Source: an uncultured Parabacteroides sp.
GTDB lineage: Bacteria > Bacteroidota > Bacteroidia > Bacteroidales > Tannerellaceae
DNA: 64,000 nucleotides
Direction of reading: 5' to 3'
NCBI GenBank assembly: GCA_949295065.1
Contig: CASFJQ010000010.1
Location: forward strand, 4,233-68,232
Under the pieces are notes generated by a model. It saw only the letters and a list, made by a program, of their open reading frames with translations, was not told the origin of the DNA and made no database searches. Below are positions 50,045 through 58,407 of the stretch, piece by piece. A program made the translations under genes and the position numbers. The stretch's first letter is position 1. Each line of letters starts with the position of its first letter.

Positions 50045-50989
50045 TTATTTTATTAACTGTAAACTTTCCAAATTAGCAATATCTTCATGTTTATAAGGTG
50101 TTTCCTGATAAACATAGTAATTCAGCCAATTCGTAAACAGCAAGTTTGCATGTCCTCTCCAACGCACCACCGGTCCCATCGACGGGTCATTGTTCCTGTA
50201 ATAGTTTTTAGGCACAGAAATCGGCAGACCTTTGTTCAGGTCGCGAACATACTCATCATTAAGCGTATATGGAGAATATTCGGAATGTCCTGTAATGAAG
50301 AATTCCCTGCCGCCACGAGCCATAACCATATAAACACCGGACTCTTCGCTTTCTGACAGCAGCGTCAGTTCCGGCACTTTCATGATATCATCTTTTCTTA
50401 TTTCCGTATGGCGGCTGTGAGGCACATAAAACTCATCATCAAAGCCGCGGAAAATAGGAAGATATGATTCACGCAAAGTATGACGGAAAACACCGAACAT
50501 TTTAGCCGGCAAATCATATTTCGGAATATCATAGAAATGATAAAGCCCGGCTTGTGCTGCCCAGCAGATATAAAGCGTAGAAGTCACATGTTTCCTTGCC
50601 CAGTCAAAAATCTCTGTAATCTCATTCCAATAGCCAACTTCCTCAAACGGCATTTGCTCCACTGGCGCTCCGGTAATGATCATTCCGTCATAATAACCCT
50701 TCTTTATTTCGTCAAAATCCTTATAGAATTCACGCATATGTTCAATAGGCGTATTCTTCGGAGTATGTCCTTTTATCTTAAGGAATTCCAGTTCGATTTG
50801 TAGCGGTGTATTACTCAGCAGACGAATCAAATCTGTCTCTGTCGTTATTTTCAAAGGCATCAAATTAAGAACTACAACACGCAGCGGACGAATATCCTGT
50901 GACGAAGCACGCAACGAGTCCATTACGAATATATGTTCTTTCTTCAGCAAATCAATTGCCGGCAAATTTTTTTGTAGATTAAGTGGCAT
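50045..50989 (-). CDS. metA: Homoserine O-acyltransferase MetA (probably acetyl-CoA dependent)
   Basis: QDIRPL, NLMP.K, TGAPVE, ICWAAQA, PHSR, GHSEY, NWLNYYVYQ. Confidence 0.95.
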   Translation of the reverse strand: MPLNLQKNLPAIDLLKKEHIFVMDSLRASSQDIRPLRVVVLNLMPLKITTETDLIRLLSNTPLQIELEFLKIKGHTPKNTPIEHMREFYKDFDEIKKGYYDGMIITGAPVEQMPFEEVGYWNEITEIFDWARKHVTSTLYICWAAQAGLYHFYDIPKYDLPAKMFGVFRHTLRESYLPIFRGFDDEFYVPHSRHTEIRKDDIMKVPELTLLSESEESGVYMVMARGGREFFITGHSEYSPYTLNDEYVRDLNKGLPISVPKNYYRNNDPSMGPVVRWRGHANLLFTNWLNYYVYQETPYKHEDIANLESLQLIK

Positions 50990-51028
50990 ATTGTTATTTT
51001 GATTATCAGATTACTTTTATTCAGAGAG

Positions 51029-51107
51029 ACAAGTTGACAAAGGAACAAGTTGACAGGGAAAGCACTCGTTCTCCTTGTCAACTCGTCAACTCGTTCCCTT
51101 GTCAACT
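51029..51107. repeat. REP-like array C (ACAAGTTGAC ... GTCAACT)
   Basis: Same 8-bp units as arrays A and B; abuts the ompA stop codon. Confidence 0.7.
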
Positions 51108-51786
51108 ATTTCAATGTTCCATTCTGTGCCTGCTGAATCATAGTTTCATTAGGCAAAATCAGAATCTCAACTCTCCTGTTCAATGCTCGACCTTCAACTG
51201 TGCTGTTGTCTGCAACAGGCTGATGAACACCTTTTCCTTCGTATTCCATACGCTTGCTGCTGACACCCTGGTCAACCATCAGATAATTATATACGCTTTT
51301 GGCTCTCTTTTCGGATAAAGTCTGGTTATAGTCCACATTGCCTGTATTGTCAGTGTGGCCAACAATCTTGATATCCGTATCAGGATTCTGATTCAAACTT
51401 TCCGCCAATTTGCGTAATGCACTTCTTGAAGCCTCGCTCAGCGTGCTTGAATTGGTAGCAAACAAGATTCCCGAATCAAAAGTAACTCTCAGCGCTTCAC
51501 CGTTGTTTATTGTTTCAACTTGAGTTTCCTCAGGCAAAGTAGCTTCAAGTTCCTTTTTCTGCTTATCCATCTTCTTGCCAATCAATGCGCCGGCTGTTCC
51601 TCCAACTGCCGCACCGATAACCGTGCCTAAAGCCGTATTACCCGCCAAAGCGCCCACACCGGCACCGACAGCAGCTCCACCGCCAACACCAATTGCAGTT
51701 CCTTTAGCCATATTGTTCCATGAACCGCAACTCGACATTGTTACTGCCAATGATAAAACTGCGACTGACAACAAATGTATTTTCAT
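51106..51786 (-). CDS. OmpA family lipoprotein with glycine zipper
   Basis: Lipobox MSSC, Gly zipper, GHTD, NQTLSEKRA, NRRVEI. Confidence 0.92.
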   Translation of the reverse strand: MKIHLLSVAVLSLAVTMSSCGSWNNMAKGTAIGVGGGAAVGAGVGALAGNTALGTVIGAAVGGTAGALIGKKMDKQKKELEATLPEETQVETINNGEALRVTFDSGILFATNSSTLSEASRSALRKLAESLNQNPDTDIKIVGHTDNTGNVDYNQTLSEKRAKSVYNYLMVDQGVSSKRMEYEGKGVHQPVADNSTVEGRALNRRVEILILPNETMIQQAQNGTLK

Positions 51787-51824
51787 AATCAATTCTTTTT
51801 TAAATTAAACAATTTAAGTTTCGA

Positions 51825-51953
51825 GGATGTTGCAAAACTAATTTAAACACAGAGACACTGAGAACACGGAGTTTTTTTATTTTATTTATTCTCAATATAT
51901 TAACTCTGAGGCTTCGTGCCTTTGTGTTTGAATATTTATGTTTAGCAACACCC
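51825..51953. mobile_element. MITE-like element, about 129 bp, with imperfect 13-bp terminal inverted repeats
   Basis: GGATGTTGCAAAA ... TTTAGCAACACCC (11/13), internal AAACACAGAG ... CTTTGTGTTT; second copy at 13037-13140. Confidence 0.55.
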
Positions 51954-51981
51954 ACAACTTAAAAATTACAAGATTTCAGAT

Positions 51982-52050
51982 ACAAGTTGACAAGGTCTCT
52001 TGTTAACTTGTCTTCTTGTCAACTTGTTCCCTAGTATCAACTTGTCAACT
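51982..52050. repeat. REP-like array D (ACAAGTTGACAAG ... CTTGTCAACT)
   Basis: Same 8-bp units as arrays A-C. Confidence 0.7.
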
Positions 52051-52055
52051 GAAAA

Positions 52056-52382
52056 TCAGTCAAACATATCAATCGAATCACAGTAAGCCAATTCTCCCTG
52101 GACAATAAAAGTTATTTCATCCTCAGAGAATTTTCCTACCTTGTCTTTCAGAGCGTTCTTTATAACGAATTGAACCAGTTCGTCTTCATCAATGTCAACT
52201 TCTTCATTGTCTTCTATATCCATATTCATATATCCTTTTGAATCATAGAATTCATAAATCAAGTCAACGATATAGTTGATATCATCATTGCTGAATTTTC
52301 CCTTCAATTCCTGCGGAAGATAGTTCTGGATAAATTTCACAGATTCTTCTTCATCATAAATAAAATCATCTTTTTCAGTCAT
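52056..52382 (-). CDS. Acidic hypothetical protein
   Basis: 108-aa ORF filling the gap, FIQNYLPQELK, VQGELAY. Confidence 0.7.
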   Translation of the reverse strand: MTEKDDFIYDEEESVKFIQNYLPQELKGKFSNDDINYIVDLIYEFYDSKGYMNMDIEDNEEVDIDEDELVQFVIKNALKDKVGKFSEDEITFIVQGELAYCDSIDMFD

Positions 52383-52543
52383 GTCTTTTCGTGTTAATAA
52401 AAATAATACTCTAACATTTCTATCTTATCCGTAAAGATATGATTATTTCCTTTAAATAAACAGGTTCTTTGCCTCATTTGTTTTAAGCCCGGAGAATAAA
52501 AACATTGTCTCCTAAATGAGCCGCAAGCAGCCCGTTTTCATGC

Positions 52544-55500
52544 TCAATTGATTTTTTCTATTTCTTCCATAATGGCACATGCTTTTCCTACAGTTGTGAC
52601 ATTTTTTACCACAATGCTCAGCTTGTCATTCTGTTCCCTTAGTTTACAGTCCTTAGGATGTCTCTGTATATAAGCCAGAACACTTGAGAAAGAGTCACTC
52701 TCGTAATAGCTGCTTTTGGGATTGGAAACCATATAAAGTATCATCTGCCCTTTCTTCAATATAGCCTTTTCAACTCCCAGACTCTTTGCCATCCTGCGGA
52801 AACGCACAATCCTTATCAGCTCCATTCCTTCAGTCGGAATTTTACCGAATCTGTCCTCGATGCGCTCCTTGAATGCCTGGATATCTCTCTCTTCTTCCAT
52901 CTTGTCAAGCTCCCTGTAAAGAGAAATTCTTTCCGAATCGCTCGGAATATAAGTCGGAGGAAAACGCAGCTCCAAATCACTCTCAATATAAGTCTCACGC
53001 ACAAAGTCTTTCCTGTCCTTCTGGTTTTCCGTCAGCTCGGCATACAAATCTGAGAATTCTTCCGTTTTCAGTTCGTCAACGGCTTCTTCCAGAATCTTCT
53101 GATATGTTTCATATCCCAAATCTGCGATAAAGCCACTTTGCTCTGCGCCCAGCATATTTCCGGCACCTCTAATGTCCAAATCCTGCATGGCGATATGAAT
53201 ACCGCTGCCAAGCTCGGAGAAATTCTCTATTGCCTGCAGTCGCCTCCTTGCCTCCTGGCTCAATGTGCTCAAAGGCGGAGAAAGCAGATAGCAGAACGCC
53301 TTCCTGTTGCTTCGCCCAACTCGTCCGCGAAGCTGGTGAAGATCCGACAGACCGAACTGTTGCGCATTGTTGACAATTATAGTATTTGCATTCGGAACGT
53401 CAATTCCACTCTCAATTATACTAGTAGCAATCAGCACATCATACTCGTAGTTCACGAAATCAAGAATGATTTTCTCCAGCTGCTCCGGCTCCATCTGCCC
53501 GTGACCGACGCAAACCCTTGCATCCGGCACTTCACGGCGGACAAGATTCTCTATCTCATATATATTCTGAATCCTGTTGTTGATGAAGAAAACCTGACCG
53601 TTGCGGCTCATCTCAAAGTTTATAGCTTCGCGGATAATGTCCGGATTGAACCTCTCCACCTCAGTCTGAACCGGATATCTGTTTGGCGGCGGAGTAGTAA
53701 TGCTGCTCAAGTCCCTCGCTCCCATCAGTGAGAACTGCAAAGTTCTCGGAATCGGAGTAGCCGTCATCGTCAGCGTATCGACATTAGTCTTAAGCTGGCG
53801 GAGCTTCTCCTTGACCGACACACCGAATTTCTGCTCCTCGTCAATAATCAGAAGCCCCAAATCCTTGAACTCCACATCCTTGCTCACAAGGCGATGCGTG
53901 CCGATAACAATATTTATCTCACCCTCCTTAAGCAATTTCAACGTCTGTCTGATTTGAGCCGACGTACGCGCACGGCTGATATAATCAATGCGGCAAGGGA
54001 AATCCTTCAATCGCTCACTGAAAGTCTGATAATGCTGGAACGCAAGCACCGTAGTAGGCACAAGCACCGCAACCTGCTTATTGTCCGACACCGCCTTGAA
54101 AGCCGCGCGGATAGCAACCTCAGTCTTTCCGAAGCCCACATCACCACACACCAGGCGGTCCATCGGCCGGTCGCTCTCCATATCTGCCTTCACATCGGCA
54201 GTAGCCTTCATCTGGTCCGGAGTGTCCTCATATATAAAGCTAGCCTCCAGCTCATGCTGCATAAAGCTGTCCGGGCTGTAAGCAAAACCTTTCTCCTTTT
54301 TCCTCTTCGAATAAAGCAGAATCAGGTCGCGGGCAATATCCTTCACCTTTTTCTTGGTGCGCTCCTTCATCTTCTCCCACGCACCCGTGCCCAGCTTGTT
54401 CAGCTTTGGCGGCTCGCCATTGTCCTTGCCCTTATATTTCGATAGCTTGTGCAAGGAATGAATGCTGACGAAAATTATATCATTGTTCTGATAAATAAGC
54501 TTGATAGCCTCCTGAACCTTTCCGTTCACTTCCGTGCGCACCAGTCCGCCGAACTGCCCCACACCGTGGTCGATATGCACAACATAATCACCCACAGAAA
54601 ACTGGTTGAGCTCCTTCAGCGACAAAGATATTTTTCCGCTCCTCGCCTTGTCACTCTTCAGGCTATACTTATGGAAACGGTCGAAAAGCTGATGGTCCGT
54701 AAAGAAGCAAACTTTCATCTGCTCGTCGCTGAAACCCGCATGAATAGTCTTGTTCACGGCAGTGAAAGGCAGATTCTCTTTCCTGTCCTCAAATATGGCA
54801 CGTATTCTGGCAGCCTGCTTCTCAACGTCGCTCAATATGTAAATTGTATAACCGTCGTTGATAAACTTGCCGAAAGATTCGCTCACCAAATCAAAATTCT
54901 TATGATAAATAGGCTGAAGCAGCGTCTGGAATTTCACAACCACATCCGGAGTTCCAAGGATATGCGTTCCCGTCTGAATCCTCTTGAAGTCCAGCGCCTT
55001 TCTGATAAAACTCTCCCAATGCACCAGCTTTTCATGCATACTCTCGGCACTGGCAAAAGATTCTTCGTCGGCAACAACCGGCTCTTCCTTCCAGATCGAG
55101 CAAATCCTCTCCTTGCACCATTCCAAATCATAAGAAACAACACAAGTATCCTCCGGCAGAACATCAAGCAGCGAAGCCTCACTCCCGCTGTCCGAATTTA
55201 TCTTCGGAACAATATGGATTCTCTCCAGCTTCTCCTTCGAAAGCTGCGTTTCCACATCAAACGAACGGATAGTCTCAATCTCATTTCCAAAAAAGTCAAT
55301 TCTGTACGGAAATTCATAAGAATACGAGAAAACGTCGAGGATACTACCACGCACCGCATACTGCCCCGGCTCATACACATAATCCACACGCTCGAAGCCA
55401 TAACTGTCCAACACGTCCGAAATAAACTTACTGTCAACCTTCTCTCCCGCAGCAATCTGCAACGTATTCTCTTTCAAGGTTTCCTTGGCAACAACCTTCT

Positions 55501-55891
55501 CCGACAAAGCATCAGGATAAGTTACAATAATAAAATTACTGTCAGGCTGCTGAAGCATACTCAAAACCTCTGTTCTCAATATCTCATTTGCAGCATCAAT
55601 ATGCCCGTATTTTATCGATCTGCGATATGCCGACGGAAAAAAATACACATTCTTGTCTGAAATAAGCTGTGTAAGGTCGTGATAGTAATATCCCGCATCT
55701 TCCAAATCATTGAGAATACACAAAAAACGCCCCTTGTCACGCTCGGACAGCGAAGCAATAAGCATAGCAGAAGAAGAGCCGTTAAGTCCTTTGGCCGCAA
55801 TATTTTTCATCTGTTTGTCCTTAAGCAAAGATTCCATCATCTTCACTTGCGGATGCGCAGAGTAACTATTTAGCAAATCTTGTATTGTCAC
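52544..55891 (-). CDS. mfd: Transcription-repair coupling factor
   Basis: RGSILDVFS, GDYVVHIDHG, CGDVGFGKTEVA, DEEQKFG, TATPIPRT, QLRGRVGR, DLDIRGAGN; probable GTG start at 55891. Confidence 0.97.
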   Translation of the reverse strand: MTIQDLLNSYSAHPQVKMMESLLKDKQMKNIAAKGLNGSSSAMLIASLSERDKGRFLCILNDLEDAGYYYHDLTQLISDKNVYFFPSAYRRSIKYGHIDAANEILRTEVLSMLQQPDSNFIIVTYPDALSEKVVAKETLKENTLQIAAGEKVDSKFISDVLDSYGFERVDYVYEPGQYAVRGSILDVFSYSYEFPYRIDFFGNEIETIRSFDVETQLSKEKLERIHIVPKINSDSGSEASLLDVLPEDTCVVSYDLEWCKERICSIWKEEPVVADEESFASAESMHEKLVHWESFIRKALDFKRIQTGTHILGTPDVVVKFQTLLQPIYHKNFDLVSESFGKFINDGYTIYILSDVEKQAARIRAIFEDRKENLPFTAVNKTIHAGFSDEQMKVCFFTDHQLFDRFHKYSLKSDKARSGKISLSLKELNQFSVGDYVVHIDHGVGQFGGLVRTEVNGKVQEAIKLIYQNNDIIFVSIHSLHKLSKYKGKDNGEPPKLNKLGTGAWEKMKERTKKKVKDIARDLILLYSKRKKEKGFAYSPDSFMQHELEASFIYEDTPDQMKATADVKADMESDRPMDRLVCGDVGFGKTEVAIRAAFKAVSDNKQVAVLVPTTVLAFQHYQTFSERLKDFPCRIDYISRARTSAQIRQTLKLLKEGEINIVIGTHRLVSKDVEFKDLGLLIIDEEQKFGVSVKEKLRQLKTNVDTLTMTATPIPRTLQFSLMGARDLSSITTPPPNRYPVQTEVERFNPDIIREAINFEMSRNGQVFFINNRIQNIYEIENLVRREVPDARVCVGHGQMEPEQLEKIILDFVNYEYDVLIATSIIESGIDVPNANTIIVNNAQQFGLSDLHQLRGRVGRSNRKAFCYLLSPPLSTLSQEARRRLQAIENFSELGSGIHIAMQDLDIRGAGNMLGAEQSGFIADLGYETYQKILEEAVDELKTEEFSDLYAELTENQKDRKDFVRETYIESDLELRFPPTYIPSDSERISLYRELDKMEEERDIQAFKERIEDRFGKIPTEGMELIRIVRFRRMAKSLGVEKAILKKGQMILYMVSNPKSSYYESDSFSSVLAYIQRHPKDCKLREQNDKLSIVVKNVTTVGKACAIMEEIEKIN

Positions 55892-56072
55892 TTTTCTCGG
55901 TTTTAAATTCAAGTACTCATTCTGTACTGTCGTCAGAACATTTTTCCTTATTAGTGCAAAAATAAGGAAAGTTGGTAAAAATACCCACTCTTTTCAATGT
56001 GTTTCCATAACTTCATATTATTTACTCAGTATTGACATAATAAATCCTACTTAAATTATAATAAGAATTTTC

Positions 56073-56672
56073 TTATGATTGAGTTTTCAAATTCTTTTCA
56101 TCAACAATAAAAATACAGTTTGTCGGAAGAAAACGAATTTTATATTTTTGATGTAACTTCTTATATTCAGATGCATCATCAAAAATAGTTTGATTAAACG
56201 ATACTTTATTTCTCCTTGGAAACGATATTATACCATAAACACGTTGCTGATGTTCTATAATCCCTTTATCTCTAAATATTTGCACTGCAGAAATAATCTG
56301 ATTCTTTACAATAGCCTTATATTCTGAAATATTTTTAGGTTTACAGTCTTTTATTTCCACAAAAGCCACACCTATATTATTCCCCTCACTTTCAGGAAAC
56401 ACAATACACTCACAATGAGGCAAATCATTTCCAGCCTCGTCTTTAAACTGATTATCATCAAAGATATTACATATAACTGTCAGTAATGACGGATTTTCAA
56501 AAACCAGACAGTCCATATCTGTATTGCCATCTGGAACTAGTGGTATAGTTTCATGAAACTCCACTTTTCTGTTGCTACCTGTTCTTTCAGTAAAATCAGC
56601 AATATATAATTTAGGAGCAGCACTACTACGAAAGACAGATTTAGGATAAACAGCCTGTATTTTACTCTTCAT
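56073..56672 (-). CDS. Hypothetical protein with PD-(D/E)XK nuclease-like motif
   Basis: CEC...FVEIK...Q pattern; start overlaps the ATPase 3' end by 11 bp. Confidence 0.6.
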   Translation of the reverse strand: MKSKIQAVYPKSVFRSSAAPKLYIADFTERTGSNRKVEFHETIPLVPDGNTDMDCLVFENPSLLTVICNIFDDNQFKDEAGNDLPHCECIVFPESEGNNIGVAFVEIKDCKPKNISEYKAIVKNQIISAVQIFRDKGIIEHQQRVYGIISFPRRNKVSFNQTIFDDASEYKKLHQKYKIRFLPTNCIFIVDEKNLKTQS

Positions 56673-57969
56673 CTTCGTAATAATTTAAAAGTTCCAGATA
56701 TTCTTCAGAATTCTTTTTATATGCCTTATTCAAGTAATTGTCCTCAATTATGCCATCTTTGTCCTGAATACAGCGACTAGTACCGTTTTCCAATTCAAAA
56801 ATAGATACTAATTTAGGATCAATCCACGCAGGATGAGAGGCAAAATCACAAGCTTCCTCTTCCGGAATATTATCTTTCACCAATCCACCCATCATACAAT
56901 TATTGATAGCAAACAATATATACGGACTGTGAGTAGTAATTACAGCTGAATGTTTCTTATCATTCAGCATAGTTCCCAACAACCAGTAAACAAACTCCTG
57001 TTGTGTATCTGGGAAAAGATTTTGCTCAGGCTCTTCAATAAACAATTGAGTATAATGATAATTAAACAAACGGTCCATAACATGGACAGCCTCATATATA
57101 TTGTGAGATAAATCTTCCGGAGACAAATCCGATAGTTTGCTTATCGCTTTTACATCATAACTCTCAAGCATTTTGAACATTGAAAGCAATATATTGGAAT
57201 ACTCCTTGAATTTACCAATATTCTCTCCTGATGCAATTCTATTGGCAATCAAAATCAATGCATTGGAAAATTCCTTTTTTGCCATTTCCTTTAAAGGAGA
57301 TAATGTCCTCGGCTTGTTATACAAATTGGATAACATATAGATTATCGTTTGATACAATGGCAAAACAGATTGAACTCCGCTTGATGCATTCGTAAGCAAC
57401 AGCTTGGAACCATTATCAAATATATAATCCCTGTCATTAATATTTTCATATGAAACTTCCCTGCTAAGAAGATTTGAAATATCAAGTTTCTTTATCTCCT
57501 CTTTAGCTTCCGACCAGTCATAAGCAAAATATAGTAACACATTGTTTCCCTCATTATACTTGCTGAAATTGGGCACTCCTGCTACGAAATTGCGTTCCGA
57601 AGGAATATAGCATATCTTAGGGTAAGAAAATACCATTTTATCCTTCAACTTAATAGTTGTTTTTTTAGAGCTATGTGTATAGGTGATAGTCATTGCCTCA
57701 CCTTCATATTTTATACTGGCGTTTTTGTGAAAATATCCATCAAGTTTATGATATTCAACAAGAGAATCATAAAAAACACCCTGCTTTTGATAGTTTTCTA
57801 ATTGCTTATCATTAAAAAAACAACTCTTTTCTACCCACTGACAATGGCAAAGTATTTTAGAAATTGTACTCTTACCTGAAGATTGAGGCCCCATGAAAAC
57901 ATTAATTCTGTTTACCTCAAATTCCACAAGCTTAATGGCTCCTATATTTTTTATGGTAAGTTTCTGCAT
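56662..57969 (-). CDS. Soluble ABC-type ATPase (AAA_15/AAA_21-like)
   Basis: Walker A GPQSSGKST, YIPSERN, signature ASSGVQS, Walker B LFIEEPEQNL, H-loop ITTHSPY; no TM segments. Confidence 0.88.
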   Translation of the reverse strand: MQKLTIKNIGAIKLVEFEVNRINVFMGPQSSGKSTISKILCHCQWVEKSCFFNDKQLENYQKQGVFYDSLVEYHKLDGYFHKNASIKYEGEAMTITYTHSSKKTTIKLKDKMVFSYPKICYIPSERNFVAGVPNFSKYNEGNNVLLYFAYDWSEAKEEIKKLDISNLLSREVSYENINDRDYIFDNGSKLLLTNASSGVQSVLPLYQTIIYMLSNLYNKPRTLSPLKEMAKKEFSNALILIANRIASGENIGKFKEYSNILLSMFKMLESYDVKAISKLSDLSPEDLSHNIYEAVHVMDRLFNYHYTQLFIEEPEQNLFPDTQQEFVYWLLGTMLNDKKHSAVITTHSPYILFAINNCMMGGLVKDNIPEEEACDFASHPAWIDPKLVSIFELENGTSRCIQDKDGIIEDNYLNKAYKKNSEEYLELLNYYEDEE

Positions 57970-58110
57970 ATTGTTTTATTTAAATGATAAATCTTCTCAA
58001 ATGTAATCCAAAGTTGTTGGATTGGCAAGAGAAAGGAAGTGCAAGTTTTATAAATACAGAATTTTGTTTCATCTTTTTTATCTGTCATTATTTTAACAGA
58101 ATGTATTACA

Positions 58111-58320
58111 TTACATTACTTTACCCTCAATCTCAACGACCAATTCTCCTACGAATGTCTCAACTACGCTAATCCAATCCAAAATATCTTGCTTACTTAA
58201 AGTGATAAGATTTTCTCTGTCTTTATTCGAATACGAATATCTGTGAACAATATTATTCCTTTTATGAAGATATTTTTTTATTTTCTTTTCATAGTCTGGT
58301 ATATCAATATCAAAACAAAG
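58111..58320 (-). pseudogene. C-terminal remnant of a HEPN-like protein
   Basis: R-x4-H motif KRNNIVH in an orphan short frame with no convincing N-terminus. Confidence 0.45.
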
Positions 58321-58360
58321 GTAGAAACATACGATAAACCTATACAAAATTTAGCTTTAT

Positions 58361-58401
58361 AAGCATTAATAGAACTATTTATAGTTATTCTATTAATGCT
58401 T
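58361..58401 (-). terminator. Hairpin downstream of the large helicase gene
   Basis: AAGCATTAATAGAA ... TTCTATTAATGCTT. Confidence 0.6.
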
Positions 58402-58407
58402 GAATTT

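Noticed and set aside
54449-55660. 403-aa + strand ORF and other long antisense ORFs inside mfd
   Set aside because: Shadow frames of mfd explained by codon bias; no recognisable motifs
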